A model generated the notes under the pieces. The model was not told the DNA's origin, did no database searches, and worked only from the letters and a program-made list of their open reading frames with translations. A program made the translations under genes and the position numbers. Source: an uncultured delta proteobacterium (GTDB taxonomy: Bacteria > Myxococcota_A > Polyangia > Polyangiales > B10-G4). Taken from it: a DNA stretch of 64,000 nt. The DNA is taken from NCBI GenBank assembly GCA_963727445.1, contig CAVSGI010000013.1, positions 352,001-416,000 of the forward strand, in the 5' to 3' direction. Of this stretch, positions 30,839 through 39,661 are shown one piece after another. Every line of letters starts with the position of its first letter. Positions within the stretch are counted from its first letter, which is position 1.

Positions 30839-32680
30839 TCAGCAACCCTCGAGGGCGCAGCCGAGCGCGGCTTCGGCCCGCGGGTCCACGTCGCCCCAGC
30901 CGGTGATCACGTCGGCCGGGCCGAGGTCGGGCAGGAGCTCGCGCGCGTCGTCGTCGAGGAGGGGATCGGCGGAGATCAGGCTGGTCTCGATGCGCGCACG
31001 CATCGACGCGAGGTGGGCGTCCTCGATGGCGTCGCCATCCCCGAACCAATGGTCACCGCGCAAGAGATCCACCGCCGACGCGAAGCGCTCGTCCTCGGCC
31101 GCGCTGATCTCCCCGTCGACGGCGAAGAGGGTGAGGAGCCACGAGAGCACGGCCATGCGGTCGCCCCGCTCGATGCCGTAGTAGCGATCCTCGAGGCAGC
31201 CCTCGAAGCTGCCCTCGCGAACGCCGTCAGCGATCGCGGCGGCCTGCGAGGCGTAGCCGACCGAGTAGGCGAGGGGCCAGAAGCCGCCACCGTCCCACAC
31301 CGAACGGGACATGTGCGCCGCGATGAGGTGGCGCTCAGCGTCCGTGATCTCCCCGTCGGCGAGCGCGGCAGCGCCCATCATCCGCGCCACGCAGAGCGCG
31401 CCCTCCTGGTCCGCGACGATGGCGCCGTTCTCCGTGAGCATGCCTTCGCCCCATGGACGGATCGTCGCGTCGACGTGCTCGCCCACCCCGCGGGTCACGG
31501 TGCGGGTGAGCACCACGTCGGCGACCATGGTGAGGCCGAGCGTCGCGTAACCGAGCACCTGGCGGCCGGTGCCGACGGCGACCGCGCGACCGGTGGCCCG
31601 CGCGGCGAGAGACGCTCCCTCGCGGACCAGACGTTGGACGAGCCGATCGACCATGCGCCGAACCAGACGTCGCAGCACCGCGCGAGGATCGAGGAGCCCG
31701 CCGACCCGCACCGCGATCTTGGCGAGAGCCGGCAGCGCGAAGATCCCGCCGAAGAGCCCGCGGAGCTCCGGGATGTCCATCGCGCTGAGCACCGCGCCCG
31801 TGACCAGGAGCAGGTTCTGTCCCTCACGGATGTCGATCCCGTAGGCCGCGGCGATCTCGATGGCCATTCGGATGCGAATGCGGAAGTTGGCGATCAGCCC
31901 GTGGCTCACGCTCAGCGGGATGCCGGCGTAGGGGATCAGCGACTCGAGGTTCACGAGGATCTCGGTGCGCGTCACCTGGCCGACGTACCGGTCGATGATG
32001 CGCGACACGCGATCTTCGCGCGGCTCGGAGAAGGGGAACTCCTCGTTCCAGACCTCCACGTCCATGTCGAGGACGCCGGTGTGCTCCATCATCAGCGCGT
32101 ACACGTACCCGAAGGGGCCCGAGTCGCGGAGGGTGGCGAGGCTCTCGATCACATCCGGATCGTCGAGGACGGAGGGCGGCTCGCCGTAGTCGTCCGTGCC
32201 GTCGTCTGCGGGCGAGCCCGCCACCGACGCGCCGAGCGGCACCACGTGCGCGCTGAGGTAGCCCGTCGCGACCCTTCCGGCGACGCGCTGATGGACGTCG
32301 ACCACCAACGACGCGCGCTCGTCGTCACCGGCGGCCTGGCCGAGCGCCGCCGCGCGGGCGCGGAGCGCGGGCAGCTCGGCTGCTTCCTCCGGCGTGAGCT
32401 TGTGCGCGACGTCGTCGATGGCGTGAAGCAGCGCCCTCGCCCGCTCGCCGTCGTCCCCGGCGCCGATCAGGAGATCGTCCTGAGCGCGGAAGTAACGCCG
32501 GAGCGCGTCTTCGTCGTCGCGCCGCCAGCACAACAGCGCGCTCGGATCACAGGTCCCGTCGGCCTTGTCTCCGATGCCGAACTCCACCTCCTGCGTCCCC
32601 TCCGCTGGCTCCACGGGTGCCGTGCACCCCAGGGCCAGGACCACGAGGACGAGCCAATGGCTGCGAACGCGCTTCGTCAC
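30839..32680 (-). CDS. DKADG-motif lipoprotein with EcsC-like middle and TerB-like C-terminal domain
   Basis: Lipobox LALGC; GDKADG; IRMAIEIAAAYGID; AALADGEITDAE and LFAVDGEISAAE (TerB-like). Confidence 0.7.
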   Translation of the reverse strand: MTKRVRSHWLVLVVLALGCTAPVEPAEGTQEVEFGIGDKADGTCDPSALLCWRRDDEDALRRYFRAQDDLLIGAGDDGERARALLHAIDDVAHKLTPEEAAELPALRARAAALGQAAGDDERASLVVDVHQRVAGRVATGYLSAHVVPLGASVAGSPADDGTDDYGEPPSVLDDPDVIESLATLRDSGPFGYVYALMMEHTGVLDMDVEVWNEEFPFSEPREDRVSRIIDRYVGQVTRTEILVNLESLIPYAGIPLSVSHGLIANFRIRIRMAIEIAAAYGIDIREGQNLLLVTGAVLSAMDIPELRGLFGGIFALPALAKIAVRVGGLLDPRAVLRRLVRRMVDRLVQRLVREGASLAARATGRAVAVGTGRQVLGYATLGLTMVADVVLTRTVTRGVGEHVDATIRPWGEGMLTENGAIVADQEGALCVARMMGAAALADGEITDAERHLIAAHMSRSVWDGGGFWPLAYSVGYASQAAAIADGVREGSFEGCLEDRYYGIERGDRMAVLSWLLTLFAVDGEISAAEDERFASAVDLLRGDHWFGDGDAIEDAHLASMRARIETSLISADPLLDDDARELLPDLGPADVITGWGDVDPRAEAALGCALEGC

Positions 32681-32692
32681 GGCGCTGCCGGA

Positions 32693-32708
32693 TGCATCGC
32701 TCGGGCCA
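32693..32708 (-). promoter_or_regulatory. sigma54 (-24/-12) promoter
   Basis: TGGCCCGAGCGATGCA on the minus strand, 12 nt before GTG 32680. Confidence 0.6.
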
Positions 32709-32824
32709 GCACCAATCGGCCGCGACGCTCGGCGATTGTCCGGTCATTTCGCGGCGCCCCTCCGCATATGGAAGGTCGCCTCGCCGGCTGTCGCAGGTGC
32801 GCGAGCCGCCTGCGCTCGGGCGGC

Positions 32825-33643
32825 TCAGGGTGGGTCCTCGAGTCGAGCCGGGTTCTCGACGTAGTCCTTGAAGAGCTCGAGGGTGCGGGCCGCATAGAAC
32901 CCGTCGGCGATCCGCTCGTCGAAGCTGTAGCGCATCTCGGCCACGGTCCGGACGACGAGCTGGTCGTCGTCGTTCACCACCGGCGCACGGTGCGTCCGCC
33001 CGAGCACGGCGAAGAGCGGCACCGTGCCGTACTCGTAGAGGTGGTGATAGGCCGCGTCGAGCCCCACGCTCCCGAGGTTGGCGACGAAGATCGACGCGTA
33101 GAGCGGATCGTTCCGGATCATCGCCGCCGGGAGCAGGTTGAAGTAGTCGAGGGCGCGCTGGGCCCACATCGACAGGCGCAACAGCGAGCGCGGCATCTTG
33201 GTGACGATGCTCATCTCCTTTTCGCTCGCGGTCGCCTCGTCGCCCTTCCCCTCGGCGATCGCCTCGCGCACCCGCGCTTCGACCTTCGAAAGCGTGTCGT
33301 CCGCCGCGAACGTGACCTTGACCGTGGTCAGCTTCCCGCCGTCCGAGAATTCCTTCTTCACCGCGAAGGAGACCTCCACCGCCTCGCGCTGATACGTGCG
33401 CCGCCCGACGATGAAGCGGTTCATCCGCGGCCGTTGCCCGAGGGCTCTCACGATGCCGGCGAGGACGATGGTGAAGAGCTTCACGCCGCGCTCTTCGGCC
33501 CACACGAGGGTCTCGGTCACGTCGAGCCGCTGGTCGAAGTAGACGACCGACTCGTTCCGCGTCGGCATCAGGTGCGGCATCAGAACGCGCAGCATCGGGA
33601 GCTCGCGCACCCGCTGGCCGTCAGCTCGTCCGAAGAGCGGCAT
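32825..33643 (-). CDS. Stand-alone 2-oxoacid dehydrogenase E2-like acyltransferase catalytic domain
   Basis: RPRMNRFI, IFVANLGSVG, SFDERIADG; no lipoyl domain. Confidence 0.85.
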   Translation of the reverse strand: MPLFGRADGQRVRELPMLRVLMPHLMPTRNESVVYFDQRLDVTETLVWAEERGVKLFTIVLAGIVRALGQRPRMNRFIVGRRTYQREAVEVSFAVKKEFSDGGKLTTVKVTFAADDTLSKVEARVREAIAEGKGDEATASEKEMSIVTKMPRSLLRLSMWAQRALDYFNLLPAAMIRNDPLYASIFVANLGSVGLDAAYHHLYEYGTVPLFAVLGRTHRAPVVNDDDQLVVRTVAEMRYSFDERIADGFYAARTLELFKDYVENPARLEDPP

Positions 33644-33691
33644 GGCCGCCGGTGTACCAACGACCCGTGACGGCGGAAAGGGCGCTCGGCC

Positions 33692-35221
33692 TCAGAGCGC
33701 CGGCAGGCAGGTGCGGATCGGCCGGAGCGCCCGTGCCACGTCGGGCACCCCGAGCTGGCCGTCGGCGCCGCTGCCCCAGCAGTAGACGGCGCCCGCGTCG
33801 TCCACCGCACAGCTGTGCCGCTCGCCTGCCGAGACCTCAGCCCAGGTGCGCCGGGTGTCGAGGAGCGTCGGCGAGAGGCGGTCGCTGTCGTCGCCGAGGC
33901 CGAGGCGCCCGTCCTGCCCCACTCCCCAACAGGCGAGGGTTCCGACGTTGCGGACCGCGCACCCATGCACCGCCCCCGCGCTCGGGCGCTCCAGCCCGTC
34001 GCCGACGACCCCGGGCAGGCGCCGGTCCGCGCGATCGCCGGTGCCGAGCTGCGCCATCGAGTTGTCGCCCCAGCACCACAGCACGTTGAGCACCGAGCGC
34101 GCGCAGCCGTGGAAGGCGCCGGAGGTGGTGGTGGCGAAGAGGGTGGCGTCGGTGACCAGGGTCGGGCTGGTGCGCCCGGTGGTGATCCCGCGTTCGCCGA
34201 GGCCCAGCTGCCCCGCCTCGTTCGCCCCCCAGCAGTAGAGAAGCTGACCCTCGTTGATCGCGCAGGCGTGGCGATCGCCGGCACCGACGACGATCCACTG
34301 CTCGTCTGCGTTCACCGATGTGGGCGTCGGCAGATCGGACGCGCCCCCGACGCCCAGCTGCCCCGAGTCCCCCGCGCCCCAGCAGCGGAGCTTGCCCGCG
34401 GCGTCGATGGCGCAGCTGAAATCCGTGCCGAGGGAGAGCGACGTCACGCCGGTCAGGCCGGGCACGGCCGTCGGGGCGTTCTGGTCCGTGCCGACGTCGC
34501 CGGTGCCGAGCTGCCCGCAATCGTTCGCTCCCCAGCACGACACGCCGCCCGCATCGTCGATGGCGCAGGCGTGCGCGCCGCCCACCGCGACCGCTGCGCC
34601 GCCGAAGACGTCCACCGGCGAAGCGACGAGAGGCTCGAAGGCGCCGTGGCCCACCGTCCCGCGCTCCGCCGAGCCCCAACAGAAGATGCGCCCGTCGGTG
34701 GTGTGCGCGCAGCTCGAGACGTTGCCCGCGGAGACGGCGTCCGCCGGTCGCGTGGGGATGCACTCCCCCGTGTCGCAGGCGTCGCCGTCGCAAGAACAGT
34801 CGTGACACATCGCGCCTGCCAGACCGCAGGCGTCCTGCCGGAGGCCCACCTGACAGCGCGCGCCATCCCAGCAGCCGGTGCAGCACATGCCCTGGCGACA
34901 GGTTCCGTTGGCGCAGCCGCGCCCATCCGGCACCGGAATGCATTCGCCATCCAGACAGATGTTGCAGGGCGGACAGGCCTCGGGGCAGGCCCTCGGCGCG
35001 TCCGGGGCATCCATGCTCGCATCGGGTCCCACGTCGGGGGCATCGGGGCGTGCGTCCCCCATGGTGTCGTCCGGACCGCACGCGGCCACCGCCACCGCCA
35101 TCACCGCCACCGCCAACCTGACGATGACGGCCAGCCCGCTCAGGCGCCCCTTGCCTTGGGGAAGCGGAGGGCGGCTGAAGGTACTCTCTGAGCGAAGTGA
35201 CGGTGGGGCCGCGGAGGGCAC
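33692..35221 (-). CDS. RCC1/BLIP-II repeat lipoprotein (start uncertain)
   Basis: Lipobox VAVAAC; repeated HACA...CWG.N..GQLG.G. Confidence 0.9.
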   Translation of the reverse strand: MPSAAPPSLRSESTFSRPPLPQGKGRLSGLAVIVRLAVAVMAVAVAACGPDDTMGDARPDAPDVGPDASMDAPDAPRACPEACPPCNICLDGECIPVPDGRGCANGTCRQGMCCTGCWDGARCQVGLRQDACGLAGAMCHDCSCDGDACDTGECIPTRPADAVSAGNVSSCAHTTDGRIFCWGSAERGTVGHGAFEPLVASPVDVFGGAAVAVGGAHACAIDDAGGVSCWGANDCGQLGTGDVGTDQNAPTAVPGLTGVTSLSLGTDFSCAIDAAGKLRCWGAGDSGQLGVGGASDLPTPTSVNADEQWIVVGAGDRHACAINEGQLLYCWGANEAGQLGLGERGITTGRTSPTLVTDATLFATTTSGAFHGCARSVLNVLWCWGDNSMAQLGTGDRADRRLPGVVGDGLERPSAGAVHGCAVRNVGTLACWGVGQDGRLGLGDDSDRLSPTLLDTRRTWAEVSAGERHSCAVDDAGAVYCWGSGADGQLGVPDVARALRPIRTCLPAL

Positions 35222-35274
35222 GGGCGTGAGTCTACCCCCGGCGCTCGGCTCCTGCTCGGACGAATGCGGGCGGC

Positions 35275-36243
35275 TCAGCCCTGATGCGTCATCTGCGCGG
35301 CGGTGTGCGCTGCGTGACGCTCGGCGCGGCGCTCAGCGCGGCGGGCGCGACGCTCGACGCGAAGGCGATGCACCCGGCGCGCCTGCCGGCGCTCGTGCCG
35401 CTCGGCGCGGCGCGCGAGCTCGGCATCGACCTGCTCCGGCAGATCGACGAAGTGCGGTACCGGATCGGTCAGATGCCCGCCGCGCCGATACTCGAAGTGC
35501 AGGTGCGGCGCGCGCGACAGGCCGGTGGTGCCAACCTCGCCCAGGGTCTGGCCGCGCGCGACGCGCTGGCCGGCGAAGAGGTACGAAGCCCTGAGGTGCG
35601 CGTAGAGCGAGGTGCCACCGTCGGGGTGCACGACCAGGACGAGGTTGCCGTAGCCCGAAACCCCGTTGTCGGCATAGGCGACGATGCCCTCGTCGACCGC
35701 GCGCACGGTCGAGCCGATCGGCGCGGGGATGTCGACGCCATCGTGGCGGATGTGTCGCAGCTCGGCGCGACGCACGAAGCCGAAGCCACGACCCATGGTG
35801 CCGTCTTCGACCGGGAAGAGGATGCCCTCGGCGTCCCGTTCCGAGCCGATGGCGTCGATCCACTCCTGACGCGGCGACCCGGTGAACAGGGTGTTCGCCG
35901 TGCGGGTCTCGCCGAGGCCGAGCGCGTCGGCGCGCTCAGCGGCCTCGCCCTCGGGCAGGGCGACCATGCGTGGGCCGTCGCAGTAGCGGCGCGCGCCGCG
36001 GTGACGGCAGCGCCGGATCTTGCTCATCCACTCGGTGGGGCGCGGCGTCGCGAGCGCGACGGCGACCTCTTCCTCCGCGCCTTCGCTGGGGGCTGGTGTG
36101 GCCAACGCGTCGGCGCTCTCGACCCGAGCCACGCTGGGCGCGAACATCGATCCCTCCATGGCATCGAGCGCGGGCGGATCGATCAGCATCGGACCCGCCA
36201 TGAGGGCCGAAAGCAGAATCAGTGATCCGATTTGATAGGGCAT
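35275..36243 (-). CDS. M23 family metallopeptidase
   Basis: HDGVDI, GYGNLVLVVH, LYAHL, PHLHFEYR. Confidence 0.92.
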   Translation of the reverse strand: MPYQIGSLILLSALMAGPMLIDPPALDAMEGSMFAPSVARVESADALATPAPSEGAEEEVAVALATPRPTEWMSKIRRCRHRGARRYCDGPRMVALPEGEAAERADALGLGETRTANTLFTGSPRQEWIDAIGSERDAEGILFPVEDGTMGRGFGFVRRAELRHIRHDGVDIPAPIGSTVRAVDEGIVAYADNGVSGYGNLVLVVHPDGGTSLYAHLRASYLFAGQRVARGQTLGEVGTTGLSRAPHLHFEYRRGGHLTDPVPHFVDLPEQVDAELARRAERHERRQARRVHRLRVERRARRAERRAERHAAHTAAQMTHQG

Positions 36244-36362
36244 GCGAGAGGCTCCTCCCGGGGACGGACCTCAACATGACCGCTTCGGGCGATTCTCGGT
36301 ATCGGGGATCGCCCGTAAATTCTTCACTTTCTGCGTCCGGATCTTCCCCCGGCCGGTGTAGG

Positions 36363-36382
36363 TGTAGGGGGGATACCCCACA
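36363..36382. promoter_or_regulatory. Imperfect palindrome, candidate LuxR/NarL-family operator
   Basis: TGTAGGG-GGGATA-CCCCACA (6 of 7 arm match) between the FHA-LuxR gene and the M23 gene. Confidence 0.45.
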
Positions 36383-36402
36383 TGTCCGCACGCTGTAGTT
36401 TT

Positions 36403-37002
36403 CTACTCGTTCATCAGGCCAGCGCGGAGGGCGAAGCGAACGAGCTCTGCGCGCGACTGAAAACCCATCTTGTCGTTGATGCGTGATCGGTAGGTCTCGA
36501 TCGTCTTCACCGACACGCCGAGCTCCTTCGCGATCTCCTTGTGCGTGTGACCGAGCGCGACCATGCGCAGCACTTCCTGCTCGCGTTTGCTGAGCTTGTC
36601 GAGGCCGGCGACCGGCGTGATCCCCGTCTCCATGTCGAGCGACTTCACGAGCTCGTCGGAGAGACGGTCTCCGTCGTCGGAGGATTGCACCGTCGTGAGG
36701 ATCGCGCGCCGCTGGCGCTCGTCCTCTTCGATCAGATGGATCTCCTGCTTGCCGATGGTGAGCACGTCCCCGTGCCTGAGCGGGATCACGCGATCGATGC
36801 GATTGCCGTTGAGGAAGATCCCGTTGCGACTCCCCAGGTCCTCTACGGTGATCCCGTTCGATTCCACGTGGAGCACCGCGTGCCTGCGCGACGCCTCGAC
36901 ATCGTCGATCTGCAGCCCGCAATCACTGCCCCTGCCCAGGACGAAATCCCCCTGCGAAAGCAGGACGGTGTTCCCCAGGTAGCGAAGCATCCAGCGCGCC
37001 AC
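36403..37002 (-). CDS. FHA domain-LuxR HTH transcriptional regulator
   Basis: LGRGSDC...ASRRHA...DLGSRNGIFLNG; LSKREQEVLRMVALGHTHKEIAKELGVSVKTIETYRSRI. Confidence 0.93.
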   Translation of the reverse strand: MARWMLRYLGNTVLLSQGDFVLGRGSDCGLQIDDVEASRRHAVLHVESNGITVEDLGSRNGIFLNGNRIDRVIPLRHGDVLTIGKQEIHLIEEDERQRRAILTTVQSSDDGDRLSDELVKSLDMETGITPVAGLDKLSKREQEVLRMVALGHTHKEIAKELGVSVKTIETYRSRINDKMGFQSRAELVRFALRAGLMNE

Positions 37003-37051
37003 GGCCCCCGATCGTACCCCAATTTCGACTCGAATTTGCTAAACCCGAAGC

Positions 37052-37714
37052 GTGACCGCCCGACGCCGGCGTAGGAGACGCTTCATCGCCGTGGCCGCGC
37101 TCGCGGCCGCAGCGACGACCATCCTCTACCCTGCGCCGGCACCGGCGACCATCGCGGAGCAACGCGCGCGCCTGCCTCCGCCCGCCGAATGCGGCGACGA
37201 CATCGTTCAAGGCGTCTGGAAGTCTCACAAGTTCGACGAGCGCTATGGCGAGTGGGTGATATTCACCCTCGAGGTGCATCGCCTCGCGGACCATCCGAAT
37301 CAGCTGCGGGGCACGATCAGCAATCACTCTTGGAACGGCACCCCGGAGCAGTCGGAGCCGCCGCCCTGCGGGCCGGGACAGGCGGAGTGGGTGATCGAGA
37401 CCGACGCCGAAGGCAGCATCGACCCGACGGGACGGATCCGCTTCTACGGCGTGGGCCAGTGGCGTCTGACGCAGCGCATCTGTCCCACCAACCTCTGGGG
37501 CGGCTACAACCTCGACAACTTCGACGGCGTCATCGACACCGAGCTCAACGAGTTCCAGACCCACAACAACGACGGCGGCCGCGACGTGAACGAGCCCTAC
37601 GTGTTCCGCCGGGTCAGCTGCTTTCCGGAGGGCTCGGAGTTTCACCCGCAGATCGTCACCGAGCCGCCGGACTTCTACCCGAACCAGGGCGGCTGCGGCT
37701 GCGACTTCTTGTAG
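37052..37714 (+). CDS. Secreted hypothetical protein ending in GGCGCDFL
   Basis: Arg-rich N-terminus plus hydrophobic signal; good codon usage. Confidence 0.75.
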   Translation: MTARRRRRRRFIAVAALAAAATTILYPAPAPATIAEQRARLPPPAECGDDIVQGVWKSHKFDERYGEWVIFTLEVHRLADHPNQLRGTISNHSWNGTPEQSEPPPCGPGQAEWVIETDAEGSIDPTGRIRFYGVGQWRLTQRICPTNLWGGYNLDNFDGVIDTELNEFQTHNNDGGRDVNEPYVFRRVSCFPEGSEFHPQIVTEPPDFYPNQGGCGCDFL

Positions 37715-37790
37715 GCGAGTCTCCGGCAACCCGAGTTGCCGCCTGAGCTCTGGCGCCACGAAAAAGACTGCGATCCCGTCGTTCGAAGTC

Positions 37791-37806
37791 TGGCACGTGA
37801 TCTGCT
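37791..37806 (+). promoter_or_regulatory. sigma54 (-24/-12) promoter
   Basis: TGGCACGTGATCTGCT, near consensus TGGCAC-N5-TTGC. Confidence 0.75.
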
Positions 37807-37840
37807 GACCTCTTCTGCTCCCCGGAATGGAGAGCACGAG

Positions 37841-39016
37841 ATGGCCAAGGGCAAGACGATCGTTTCCGAGATCCTCGCGCAGGAGTACCGCGCGCGCGAG
37901 CTGAGCCGGCGCTGCCTGCTGAAGAACGCGCTCGCCGGATCGGCGGGGCTCGCGGCTGCAGGTCTCGTCGGCTGCGCGACGCCGGGCGAGCCCACGCCTT
38001 CGGGCTACGGCGGTTCGGGCGGGAAGGCGGATGGCGCGGACGGCGGCGTAGCGGAAGCGGACGCCGGCGCGGACGCAGCCGAAGACGCCGGCAGCAGCGG
38101 CCACCTGGTGGGCATGGGCTGGTCAGAGACCGACACCGAGTACCTCACGGCTTTCGATCGCGCCCTCGAAGAGACGATGGGCCTGTCCTTCATCCAGCCC
38201 GGCGACACCGTCTACTTCAAGGTCAACTGCAACAACGGCGACCTCTACCCGCACTCGACGCAGCCGATCCTGATCCGCGAGCTCGCCAGTCGCTGCCGCG
38301 ACATGGGCGCGTCGCGCGTCATCGTCGGCGACCGATCGTTCTGGGGCGACAACGACACCATGGGCAACATGGAGGCGAACGGCGTCGCCGGTGCCGCGCG
38401 CGATGCCGGGGCCGAGCTCTACGTCTTCGACGACGACTCGGTCGATTGGGTCGCCTTCACCCAGGACCAGGCGCCGACCTGGAACGGCGGCTTCCGATTG
38501 CCGCTGCCGGTGGTGGAGGCCGACCACATCATCAACCTTCCGCTGATCAAAACGCACTTCATCACCGGCTTCACGATGTCGCTGAAGAACGCGCTCGGCC
38601 TGCCCCACGCCATCGACCGCGCGCGGGAGGGCAACCTCGACACGCACGTCAAACCGAACATCTATCACCAGAGCGCCGAGGTGAATCAGTTCATCACGCC
38701 CTCGCTCAACGTCCTCGACGGCTACTACGCGCTCATCACCGGCGGTCCCACGCGGCGCGGCGCGAGCTACGCCGACCCACGCGTCTTCGTCGTCTCGGCC
38801 GATCGCATCGCCGCTGACGTGACGGGGATCGCCGTCCTTCAGACCCTCTCTCCCTCGACGGAGGAGGTCACGCAGTATCCGGCTTGGGCCAACCCTCAGA
38901 TCGCCGCTGCCGTGGACAAGGGCCTCGGCATCAACGGTCCGGAGGAATACGACCTCTCGGGCCCCTCGGTGGCCGAGATCGAGCGCTATCGGGCGCTGGC
39001 GACCGCCACGTCGTGA
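37841..39016 (+). CDS. DUF362 domain protein with Tat-like lipoprotein signal and GKADG motif
   Basis: LSRRCLLK...LVGC; GGKADG; IQPGDTVYFKVN, INLPLIKTH, TMSLKNALG. Confidence 0.85.
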   Translation: MAKGKTIVSEILAQEYRARELSRRCLLKNALAGSAGLAAAGLVGCATPGEPTPSGYGGSGGKADGADGGVAEADAGADAAEDAGSSGHLVGMGWSETDTEYLTAFDRALEETMGLSFIQPGDTVYFKVNCNNGDLYPHSTQPILIRELASRCRDMGASRVIVGDRSFWGDNDTMGNMEANGVAGAARDAGAELYVFDDDSVDWVAFTQDQAPTWNGGFRLPLPVVEADHIINLPLIKTHFITGFTMSLKNALGLPHAIDRAREGNLDTHVKPNIYHQSAEVNQFITPSLNVLDGYYALITGGPTRRGASYADPRVFVVSADRIAADVTGIAVLQTLSPSTEEVTQYPAWANPQIAAAVDKGLGINGPEEYDLSGPSVAEIERYRALATATS

Positions 39017-39156
39017 ACCCTTTGCCTCACCTCGCTGGCGCGAGGTGTGGACCTCAGGTCACGGTCGGGGTAGAAGGATCGTGATTCCCGCGTAATTTGC
39101 GCTCGGCACATCGGTTGCTAAAGATCGGGCTGCTCGGGAAGGAAGACGACCTGAAA

Positions 39157-39480
39157 ATGCCCTGCGAATTCTGCCAGCGCGACGTCGACACCATGGAGGC
39201 TCACCTCCACTACACCGTGGGCTTCGGCGTGACCCACGTCGAAGGTGGAGCCGACCACGAGCACCTCTGCAAGCGCTGTATTCGCACCGCTTTCTGGGTC
39301 TATTTCCCGATCAACCTCACGGTGGGCTGGCTCTCCGTGAAGGGCTTCAAGAAGAACGCCATCATGCTCCGCGAAAACGTGCGCGCCTATGGCGCCACCC
39401 GTCGGATGAGCGATGGCCGTCCGAGCCAGCGTCCGCCCGCTCCGGCGCCCAAGCCGGCCCTCTCCGAGCGCGCCGCTTAA
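39157..39480 (+). CDS. Small membrane protein with two CxxC pairs
   Basis: CEFC...CKRC followed by a hydrophobic segment with GW; purine-rich RBS. Confidence 0.6.
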   Translation: MPCEFCQRDVDTMEAHLHYTVGFGVTHVEGGADHEHLCKRCIRTAFWVYFPINLTVGWLSVKGFKKNAIMLRENVRAYGATRRMSDGRPSQRPPAPAPKPALSERAA

Positions 39481-39661
39481 ACCCGCGAGGCGAGCCAAAC
39501 TCGAGCGGACCGCCCGCGTCCAAGGATGGGCGCGATGCATTGGTGTCTCCTCTTCGCGGACAGAACGCGGCCAGATAGCTGCATACGGGCTTCGGCCATG
39601 AGACGAGTCGCCTTGACCCTCGGATTGGCGCCCCCGTACCTTAAACGGGGCCTTTCTCCCC

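Noticed and set aside
31013..33670. Long antisense ORFs (885 aa here; also 53107-55785, 46589-48853, 24673-26568, 9596-11413)
   Set aside because: Shadow ORFs of high-GC coding genes on the other strand, with no recognisable motifs (apart from the TDT fragment inside 9596-11413).
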